Below are positions 50,001 through 59,080 of a DNA stretch of 64,000 bases, piece after piece. The position numbers and the translations under genes are program-made. Source of the stretch: Iphione sp. A-MEVVRFRX5 (taxonomy: Eukaryota); assembly GCA_976226885.1 (NCBI GenBank), contig OZ320313.1, forward strand, positions 248,001-312,000, written 5' to 3'. Position 1 is the first letter of the stretch. Each line of letters begins with the position of its first letter. Below the pieces are notes generated by a model. That model ran no database searches. It saw only the letters and a program-made list of their open reading frames with translations, and was not told the DNA's origin.

Positions 50001-52397
50001 ATATCCCATTACCATAAAGAATTTTGCTGTACTTTACAAATATACCATTTGACATAAACAACAGGCATTTAACCAAGTAATCCAAAGAATCAGTTGTATG
50101 ACCATTACATATAATGGGTTCAATTACCTCACACCCACCTGGACTGCATCACTGGTCTTTTGCCACACTTATTGCTCTTTTTCCAATAAACTCTTTGATG
50201 GGCTGCACCAAACAGCACAAAATTAGGGGCTAAGCAGATAATCAAATCAGCCTCCAGAATCGACATATCACTAGCAATACCTCCCACCCAAACAGTGTAG
50301 GTAGATTTATTATCTGATCTCACCACCTGCCCTATGGATTAGTTAAGAACAACCCTTACAGGTTATCCACTCCTCCTACTAACAAACCTTAGTCATTTGA
50401 TTATTAACATATGTTTATATCTTTCTACATGCTATATCATCAATACTAAACATTATTATCCTGGTCAATCAATTGACTAGTGTGTCATTAATGCAACAGC
50501 CTGAACTTGAATATATACCAAGCTAATCATTAAACAAAGGTATAATGTTTGAATTTATAGCCCAACATGACATTTGAATATTAAGTCCAACACAGACTAC
50601 TGACAAGTCCAACAAAGACTACTGACAAGGAGACCACTATTTTACATAACCCTCTCAATTTGCAGTAGGACACTAAAAATGTTAAAAATACACTCAAGGC
50701 ATCATCCTTCTTATATCTCAACAGAAGGCACTCCATACATCTCATCAATAATTTACAGGCATAAAAGCAGCTCAGTTATTTTGTATTTTTACACTTCATA
50801 CATAAAACATTGCTGGAAAGTAGTTCTGGCCATGGGAAGTAGGTCTCAGTACTTTAAATTCTATGGAACCTCATGTATCCCTATGCTGATTTGTTGTTGA
50901 CAGTATAAACCTCTGATTTTTGTTAACCACTACAGAGACAGGGAGAGGGATAGTCAGATAGACAGTCTTGGTAACATGACAGAGAAGACTGCTTTAGGTG
51001 GGAAAAAGACAAACCCCTCAGTCAGAAAGACATCCTGTACATTACATGTAGGTGTTCCACTATTTATGTTTGATCAACGTTCATGAGACAAATCACTCTA
51101 TAGTCCTAATGTAATCAAATGCCTCTTACCATCAACAAAAAATAATCTACTCCATATTGGCTAAGAAGACGACACTAAGTGTAGCATCAGTAGCCCCATC
51201 AGACAAACACACGGTCAAAATTTTCACTGGAGAGGTAGAAATGTGCAAGCTATATTTCCATAAAACCACTGAATAAAATTACCCACTAATCTTCTACTTC
51301 CACCCTTATATACAGGATGAAGTGGGTGAATCAGTAAAAGACATCCAAATTCAAATTGTATATGCACTTCCAGAACTGATTCTACCAATGGATCATGATG
51401 GTAATTGACAGATGACTAAAATCCAGGAAGGGGACAATTTATCTTAATCCCAGTTTGAAAAATTATTTCCTATCATAATTCACATTCAAGACATGTTACA
51501 TTCATCCAAATAGTCTTCTAGATGTATACTTTGTATAGTTCCCACTGCTTTATCCACGTAGCTCATGCTAACAATGAATCTAAGTCAGTGTCCATACAAA
51601 GGCAGCAATTAAACTGACTGGTCACTGGCAATTCTTTTCAAACAGCACTTTTAATATAAACAAATTGACAAAATATTATTTCCTCAATATATCCTTTAGA
51701 TGCTTTGCAATGAGCTTCCTATAGGATGTGTACTCCTCCACTGCCTCTGCTGAAATGCTTGATGATATTGTTAAGCACTGTGATCACTTAAATGCCTTTA
51801 AAATATATCCCATTACCATAAAGAATTTTGCTGTACTTTACAAATATACCATTTGACATAAACAACAGGCATTTAACCAAGTAATCCAAAGAATCAGTTG
51901 TATGACCATTACATATAATGGGTTCAATTACCTCACACCCACCTGGACTGCACCACTGGTCTTTTGCCACACTTATTGCTCTTTTCCAATAAACTCTTTG
52001 ATGGGCTGCACCAAACAGCATAAAATTAGGGGCTAAGCAGATAATCAAATCAGCCTCCAGAATCGACATATCACTAGCAATACCTCCCACCCAAACAGTG
52101 TAGGTAGATTTATTATCTGATCTCACCACCTGCCCTATGGATTAGTTAAGAACAACCCTTACAGGTTATCCACTCCTCCTACTAACAAACCTTAGTCATT
52201 TGATTATTAACATTTTTTTATATCTTTCTACATGCTATATCATCAATACTAAACATTATTATCCTGGTCAATCAATTGACTAGTGTGTCATGAATGCAAC
52301 AGCCTGAACTTGAATATATACCAAGCTAATCATTAAACAAAGGTATAATGTTTGAATTTATAGCCCAACATGGCATTTGAATATTAAGTCCAACACA
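47007..52397. repeat. Three near-identical tandem copies of a 1.8-kb unit
   Basis: The same short ORFs recur at 47072, 48876, 50679 and at 48326, 50129 (period 1803-1804). Units start near 47007, 48811 and 50614. Confidence 0.95.
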
Positions 52398-52990
52398 ATG
52401 TTTAAATATATAGTGACTCCTTCCTTATCGCACCACCCCTTCCTTATCTACTCAATATTTACCATACTGACATCCCTTGACCACTAGATGTCATCAATTT
52501 GACCCATCATTATGCATTTTTGTTTACCTTCCCCCATCATGTGTAATCCATACAATTCTCAATATTAACTGTGCTTCTTAAATTAAATCAAATACAGTTG
52601 TGACTCATCAACAGGATGCCTCCCATTTCTGATATGTTTTGTCTGGACACTGGATAATCTAGTTACTGAAACAGGGAAACATTAACATTATGTTGAGTCT
52701 CCTGATGGTGAGGTTTGATGTATACTAAATGTGGCACATATAGTGGAATGTCTACTTTTGACCAACCCTCCATTCCTAACCCAAATTTTTGAATCAGCAA
52801 TATCAGTTGCAAATTTCTGATAAAATTGGTACCAGCATAAGTGCACTACATAAATGAGGCAAAAAATACAGAAAAAAAATTTTTCTTTTGGCACCTTGAA
52901 CTGTAACCTTTGACCTTTGACTTGGTAACCATAACAACTATCCACAATTGTTAACCTTATACCTGAGATTACAGCCAAAAGCAATACAGT

Positions 52991-53030
52991 GCTCCTGAAG
53001 AAGGTTATCACTACAACCGAAACGTTGAGC
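52991..53030 (+). ncRNA. Minimal type I hammerhead ribozyme in the 5' pLTR
   Basis: GCTC-CTGAAGA-A-GGTT(ATCACTAC)AACC-GAAA-CG-TT-GAGC: stem I, core, stem II, and palindromic ACGT stem III. Confidence 0.8.
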
Positions 53031-53308
53031 TATATTCTGTAAAAATCAGCAATAAAGCCAATCTCATTAACTGAATTACTGTCATTGGGTTTTGATTGAT
53101 TCAATACTCTCTCAGAACTTCTTCTTTCAACCATTGCATCCATTCATCGGATCCCCAAGACAGGAATTCCGATTCCACACACTGGTCCATTGTTTCTATC
53201 CACACTGACTCGGCCTAACGGCAGACAATAGGAACACGCATCTACATTAGATCTGGACCAACAAAGGTACCCCCACCACCCGGAATACACTAATAACACA
53301 CCTCACCC

Positions 53309-53869
53309 ATGGCTGACACTAACGACAACACTCAACCACCCACAAACAACCAAAATAACACCCAACCATCAATCAGAATCCCCGATACAGCCGTTCCATA
53401 TTTTCGCATGTGCCGGAAATTAGCATTAAACATTATAAAGGCCAAACACCACCATGAGTACCTAAACAGATGCCTTGAAAACAGGGCATCCCCGAAGGGA
53501 CTTCAAATAAGAGTCCCTGCACAAATACCTGAACCAACACCAGATTTCACTATTACCTGGGAAAGAGCACACCTTTCCTTTAGTCGTGAACTCACAGTAA
53601 TACTAGCTGATTATTACGGAGCCAGGGTGGACACCCTGACCCAGCAACTACAACAGTCAAAAACTGAATTACAGAAGCTCTGTAACCCCGAACAACGACA
53701 ACACATACAAACTATAATATGCAGGCTAGAATCCACACAGCAAACAGCCCTACAGCAGCGAAGAGTAAGAAAAACCGGCGATTCCTCCGGTACAACCCAT
53801 CGGACAGACCGAGCACCATCTACAACCTCTCTAGCCATCCCCTCAACCAGTCAGAATGCTCAGTCCTAG
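53309..53869 (+). CDS. PLE N-terminal region ORF (186 aa), overlapping the RT ORF in the -1 frame
   Basis: HHEYLNRCLENRASPKGLQI motif and a helical, Gln-rich stretch resembling PLE N-termini. Confidence 0.7.
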   Translation: MADTNDNTQPPTNNQNNTQPSIRIPDTAVPYFRMCRKLALNIIKAKHHHEYLNRCLENRASPKGLQIRVPAQIPEPTPDFTITWERAHLSFSRELTVILADYYGARVDTLTQQLQQSKTELQKLCNPEQRQHIQTIICRLESTQQTALQQRRVRKTGDSSGTTHRTDRAPSTTSLAIPSTSQNAQS

Positions 53870-55980
53870 AGTTAGGACTGAGCTTCGTACCCACACCACC
53901 CAAACCCAACCATATCCACACCGTCAGAGATACCCTCTTATTCACAAGACGAATTAAACTCAAACACTATTTCCAACATATGGAAACATCACAAACTCCC
54001 CCAGTCTTCCCACAAGAAAAGACTGGGTGGACCCCACCACCGAACATCTGTGAATATATAGACACAAGCACAAACTACATCATCAGACAAATGTCAAAAC
54101 AACCACAGAAGATACACATAGCCGATAATCTTTCCAAACACCAGAGGAAAGCCTTACATGATCTAACAAAAAACCCCAACATCATCATCAAACCAGCAGA
54201 TAAAGGCGGAGGCATAGTCATACTCGATCGAGTGGACTATGAAACAGAAGCCAACAGACAACTCAACAATGACCAACATTACATCCAAACACCTAATGAC
54301 ACCACAACCCAACGTGCACAGACAATCTTACAACAACTCTTACATATGGAGGACAGAAACGAGATACCCCCAGGTGCACATAAGATGCTAATTCCCAAGA
54401 ACGTCAGAACCTCACCATTCTACCTTCTCCCTAAGATCCACAAACCTGGCCACCCTGGAAGGCCAATTGTATCAGGGATCGATTCCCCAACTGATCGACT
54501 ATCCCGCACCATAGACAAAATACTCAAACCCCTAGTACCACTATCACCCAGCTACATCAAGGACACCAAGCACTTCATTAACATCATTCAAGACCTAAAA
54601 CCGCTAGAACCAGATGAGTATCTGGCCACTATTGATGTCTCAGCACTATACACATCAATCCCTCATGATGAAGGAATGGCGGCAGTCCATAATGCCCTAT
54701 CCTCCCGTCCATCACCCCACATAATGCCACACACTGCATCAACCCTAGTTGAACTAATACTCAAGAACAACACTTTCCATTTCAATGGACAGTTCTACCA
54801 CCAGATACATGGTACCGCAATGGGCACAAAAATGGCTCCTAACTATGCTAACCTCTTCATGACTCAACTAGAATCAGGACTGATAAACTGGATGACACTC
54901 AAACCAATAATATGGAAAAGATACATAGATGACATCTTTGCCATCTTCAAAGGCACCCACGATGAAATCACCACACAACTAGACTCTCTCAACCAATTCC
55001 ACCCCACAATCAAGTTCACATATGAAATAAGCAACACATCCATCAACTTCTTGGACACCACAATATCCGCAGACACAAATGGCAACCTCACAACGAAACT
55101 CTATCGAAAGCCCACAGACACTTTCTCCTACCTACACTACAGCTCACACCACCCAACACACCTCAAGGATGCAATAGCATACAGCCAAGCTGTTAGAATC
55201 AGGATGATCTGTAGCAATATCACTGATTTCGACAAATCGTGCAGAGAACTACTGAAACAACTAACACTAAGGGGACACATACACAACAGAGTCAAACAAT
55301 CCATAGCGAGAGCTAGGGAACTGGACCGAAATGAACTACTGAAAACAACAAAAAAGAAAGAGAAACGTATCATTCCATTTGTAGTGGAATTCAACCCCTA
55401 CCACCACAGGACCCACCAAATAATAAATGAGGCACTGTCGCTCATCCCCGAGACCCCGATCAATGCCAAATTCAGGCAATATCAATGGATGGTGACACAC
55501 AGAAGAACTGCAAACCTGAGAGACATCCTAACATCGTCCCCCCACCCCCGGCCACCGGCCCAATCCGGTAGCAAACCCTGTATGAAATTGTCTTGCAATC
55601 ACTGCGAACAGGTCATTCGCAGCAAACAAATCACCTCCAACACCACTAGGAACATACACATAATCAGATCTAACATCGATTGTCAGACCCGGGGCATTAT
55701 ATATGTCCTGACCTGTCCGGCCTGCCACCAACAATACGTTGGTCAAACTGGCCGGAGAGCCGCCCAACGCATCGCCGACCACAAAAGTGACTTGAGAAGA
55801 CGTAACAAAAACTCACCGGTAGCTAAACACATGGTTGACCATGATGTAGACCCTGAAGATCTCCAGTTCACACTGGTAGAGACAGCTCCAGATGATAAGA
55901 ACACCAGACTCAGGCTAGAAGAAGCCTGGATACGAACTCTTGACAGCATGACACCACACGGCATCAACACGCAACTATGA
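53719..55980 (+). CDS. PLE reverse transcriptase plus GIY-YIG endonuclease (753 codons open)
   Basis: IIIKPADKGG, FYLLPKIHK, GRPIVS, IDVSALYTSIP, GTAMG, RYIDDIF, LYRKPTD, PCMKLSCNHC linker, GIIYVLTCPACHQQYVGQTGR, RLEEAWI, GIN. Confidence 0.95.
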   Translation: MQARIHTANSPTAAKSKKNRRFLRYNPSDRPSTIYNLSSHPLNQSECSVLELGLSFVPTPPKPNHIHTVRDTLLFTRRIKLKHYFQHMETSQTPPVFPQEKTGWTPPPNICEYIDTSTNYIIRQMSKQPQKIHIADNLSKHQRKALHDLTKNPNIIIKPADKGGGIVILDRVDYETEANRQLNNDQHYIQTPNDTTTQRAQTILQQLLHMEDRNEIPPGAHKMLIPKNVRTSPFYLLPKIHKPGHPGRPIVSGIDSPTDRLSRTIDKILKPLVPLSPSYIKDTKHFINIIQDLKPLEPDEYLATIDVSALYTSIPHDEGMAAVHNALSSRPSPHIMPHTASTLVELILKNNTFHFNGQFYHQIHGTAMGTKMAPNYANLFMTQLESGLINWMTLKPIIWKRYIDDIFAIFKGTHDEITTQLDSLNQFHPTIKFTYEISNTSINFLDTTISADTNGNLTTKLYRKPTDTFSYLHYSSHHPTHLKDAIAYSQAVRIRMICSNITDFDKSCRELLKQLTLRGHIHNRVKQSIARARELDRNELLKTTKKKEKRIIPFVVEFNPYHHRTHQIINEALSLIPETPINAKFRQYQWMVTHRRTANLRDILTSSPHPRPPAQSGSKPCMKLSCNHCEQVIRSKQITSNTTRNIHIIRSNIDCQTRGIIYVLTCPACHQQYVGQTGRRAAQRIADHKSDLRRRNKNSPVAKHMVDHDVDPEDLQFTLVETAPDDKNTRLRLEEAWIRTLDSMTPHGINTQL

Positions 55981-56059
55981 AACCGCTACGTCACCGTGAC
56001 GTAACACCGCTGCGCCATTATGACGTAGCATTGTTACGTCGCACCAACAATCGGTAACC

Positions 56060-56611
56060 ATGACACCTACAAATCCATCCACAATCGGGTACTTCAGTAC
56101 AACCGCTCGCACCGCAGACACGTCTCTAATAATGGAGAAATTTAATCAATGCACCATTTGTGGGGAATGGATCCGGAAAGGCGAAAGGGTCCTACTTACC
56201 CACCTGAATAACAAACACAACAAGCCAGGGATGAAGGTCTCTGGTAAGTTACCCTGTTATTATTGCACAGACATGTTCAGTCGCTCGGATAGCCTACGGC
56301 GACACATCAAAACAATTCATGATATCACTGATCCACCACCGCGCCCACAATACGTAGCTATCCATACCAGTGAAGAAATCAAACCTGCATCAAAACCTCA
56401 TACTCGAATTTTGCCTAAATACCAAGTACGAACAGTATACAATACTCCCCTTGTCTGCAGATCGGGCCGTTCTGAGTGGAGACAAAGGTGGGACAACCAC
56501 AACAAGGGCGACAGGTACGACGAATATGGCAACAACATCAACACACACAAACATCAACAACAACAGCAACACCACCAATCCACAAATGACCGGTACGAAA
56601 AGGGCTATTGA
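56060..56611 (+). CDS. PLE-internal accessory ORF with two C2H2 zinc fingers (183 aa)
   Basis: CTIC..HLNNKH and CYYCTDMFSRSDSLRRHIKTIH; lies between the RT stop and the 3' pLTR. Confidence 0.75.
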   Translation: MTPTNPSTIGYFSTTARTADTSLIMEKFNQCTICGEWIRKGERVLLTHLNNKHNKPGMKVSGKLPCYYCTDMFSRSDSLRRHIKTIHDITDPPPRPQYVAIHTSEEIKPASKPHTRILPKYQVRTVYNTPLVCRSGRSEWRQRWDNHNKGDRYDEYGNNINTHKHQQQQQHHQSTNDRYEKGY

Positions 56612-57299
56612 AATTGAACCACCAGAGACAGACCCAACTGTACGCAAATGGGCACGACATGTACATCCACTAGCTCGACTGACGCTGCATAAACACAAGC
56701 AGAGAGTAGCCTCACGCCTGAAGAAGACCAAAGTCGTTAGCAGTTCCAGTAGCAGCTCAAGCATCGCCTCATCAAACTCAGAAGACAACAATTCTGACAC
56801 GAAGAACCCCAAGAACATCCCTGACAAGGTAGACTTCACCAAACTACTGCAGGCAGATCTGGACGTATCGAGTGACTCAGACGACGAGCCAGTACCAAGC
56901 AGACTCAAGTCCAAGCAAGCAGCAGTACCAGCCAAGAAAGCTCCACCAAGGTCCAACGAAGTGAAGAAACACAAAGAAAGCACCCCTGACACTGCCAAGA
57001 ACAGCAGTGTATCCACCAAGAAGGCACAAGAGAAAAGGGCTCTTTTACCAACACCGAAAGTAGAAGAGTATATTCCAGAACCCATTTGTAGCAATAGTTC
57101 TAGTAGTAGCTCTAGAGACCGTAATAAAGCATTAACAGCACCTTTGCTAAGGGTAGTTCCCACCGATGAATGGTTATATGATATCTATAGTATGGTAATC
57201 AAGGCAGATTTGTACATCGGTAACGCCATGGGACGTGCCATGGTTATCAGAGGCCTAGCCCCCAAGTCGCATATCAATACCATAAAGAAACGTTTGTAA
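56370..57299 (+). CDS. PLE-internal Ser/Lys/Thr-rich ORF (309 codons open), overlapping the ZnF ORF in the +1 frame
   Basis: Long open frame ending 50 nt before the 3' pLTR; hydrophobic C-terminus EWLYDIYSMVIKADLYIG. The real start is uncertain (possibly MATTS near 56526). Confidence 0.55.
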   Translation: MKKSNLHQNLILEFCLNTKYEQYTILPLSADRAVLSGDKGGTTTTRATGTTNMATTSTHTNINNNSNTTNPQMTGTKRAIEIEPPETDPTVRKWARHVHPLARLTLHKHKQRVASRLKKTKVVSSSSSSSSIASSNSEDNNSDTKNPKNIPDKVDFTKLLQADLDVSSDSDDEPVPSRLKSKQAAVPAKKAPPRSNEVKKHKESTPDTAKNSSVSTKKAQEKRALLPTPKVEEYIPEPICSNSSSSSSRDRNKALTAPLLRVVPTDEWLYDIYSMVIKADLYIGNAMGRAMVIRGLAPKSHINTIKKRL

Positions 57300-57465
57300 G
57301 TTGCAACCCATATCTCCAGTAGCCAGTAGAATCATATTGTATATGAGTAAAAAATTTTTCTTTTGGCACCTTGAACTGTAACCTTTGACCTTTGACTTGG
57401 TAACCATAACAACTATCCACAATTGTTAACCTTATACCTGAGATTACAGCCAAAAGCAATACAGT

Positions 57466-57505
57466 GCTCCTGAAGAAGGTTATCACTACAACCGAAACGT
57501 TGAGC
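57466..57505 (+). ncRNA. Minimal type I hammerhead ribozyme in the 3' pLTR
   Basis: Identical copy of 52991-53030. Confidence 0.8.
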
Positions 57506-57634
57506 TATATTCTGTAAAAATCAGCAATAAAGCCAATCTCATTAACTGAATTACTGTCATTGGGTTTTGATTGATTCAATACTTTCTCAGAAATACAGAA
57601 TTTGTTACACCATCTAAACGAGAAACATAATAAC

Positions 57635-58521
57635 ATGAACAACAATGTTATCGGTAAGTATCCATGCTATAGATGCAATAAGTCATTCACTCATTACGGC
57701 TAACTCAAAAGACATGCAATGAATTTACACCAATATTTAAATCCGGAGCCTAGAGTGATTTTAGACAAACTTCGGAGACAGAGTAAACCAACCAAAACAC
57801 CATGGCAAGACAATAGAATAACACCACGGAACGTCAAATTCAAGCTTAAATACCTTGACATTCCTTCCAGGAGTATACTCAGAGAGAGAAACGCCTGTGA
57901 GGGAAGCACTCAAACCAGCTCCAGACACTAAATCAACCCCAACAGGAAAATCATCCCCAACAACCAAGGAAATCGTATCACAAAGAAAATAAAACAACAC
58001 GAAGCATGCTCCAGGAGAACCATCCAGATATTTCAGCCAACTTCAATCTAACAGTTTGCAGGAACAATAGGCATACATCAGCAATTGCAAGAACAAAGAC
58101 ACCACTATCGTCCCCAAGAACATCCAATCACAAGGATTCAATTACACTGGAAAAGGTAAAGTCCATTCTGAAAACAAGCCCACCAGCGAAGAAAACATGC
58201 TCTACCATCAACTTTGAGGAAGAGCTCAGACTATCATTGAGCAACAGCGATGATGATGACAATGAAGACACTGCGGATAAAGAATCCATCGGCACTAACA
58301 ACAATGAGGCCGAAGATGTCCTGGTAATTCTAGATGACAGTGAACAACTGACCAAAGAGAACGAGACACCTAAAGAAAATGACTTTGCAGTAAGAAGAGT
58401 GACTCCTGATCCGACAAACGATGAACCATACATCCCACACTCAATCAACAGTTCTAACATGGTTCAGCGTGACTCTCCTATCTTCTCAATGTCTAAGAAA
58501 CGTATTGAAACCTGGGACTAA
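57635..58521 (+). pseudogene. Degenerate C2H2 zinc-finger plus acidic/Ser-rich ORF, outside the PLE TSD
   Basis: MNNNVIGKYPCYRCNKSFTHYG*LKRHAMNLHQYLNPEPR (one in-frame TAA), then ORF 58006..58521 in another frame. Confidence 0.55.
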
Positions 58522-58991
58522 TCACGGCATTAATATTCATTAGTTTAGAGAGTGATAGCTCATTGGATAAGGAGAAGTAATCAATATTCATTGCATTTCC
58601 TTAATCTGATTGGACCTGGTAGGTCACATGACTCTAAGATGGCGGTTTGTTTTGAAAATGAGAAGAAGTAGCTGTTGCAGTAGATATACTTCAAAAAAGA
58701 CGATGTATGGACAATTTAAGCCCTCCAAAAGGCTAGTTGTCAACAAAAAAAACTATATCAGAACCGAGTATAACAATTTCATTTCATTACGAGTCGGCGG
58801 TTTACCAAGCAGTTTACCAAGCGAAAGTAATTACCGATCCGGCCCAGAGCTCAACAAGTGACATATATCGTGATTAGATGATTATCCAGGACAATGCTCC
58901 TCCAGTGCTTGGCCGGTATAATTTAAGCCCTCCAAAAGGTTAGTTGTCAACAAAAAACTATATCAGAACCGAGTTTAACGATTTCATTTCG

Positions 58992-59080
58992 TTACGAGTC
59001 GGCGGTTTACCCACTCATGCCTCGGGGTGGGACTATCGTCCCACCCCTCGGCATATCATGGGTAAACCTTAGACTCGTAA
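58992..59080. other. 89-nt interrupted hairpin
   Basis: Nested pairs TTACGAGTC/GACTCGTAA, GGTTTACCCA/TGGGTAAACC, ATGCC/GGCAT and GGGGTGGGAC/GTCCCACCCC around a TATC loop. Confidence 0.85.

Larger units (their letters stand above)
52874..57590 (+). mobile_element. Penelope-like element (GIY-YIG type, Neptune-like), complete, with pLTRs and a 10-bp TSD
   Basis: Direct repeats of about 242 bp (52874-53115, 57349-57590). TSD AAATACAGAA at 52864-52873 and 57591-57600. RT plus GIY-YIG ORF inside. Confidence 0.93.

Noticed and set aside
47072-52129. Short ORFs repeated in the 1.8-kb units
   Set aside because: They recur only because the DNA is duplicated; no domain and no convincing TM exon.
53614-58460. 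Minus-strand ORFs across the PLE region
   Set aside because: By-products of the strong A/C strand bias.
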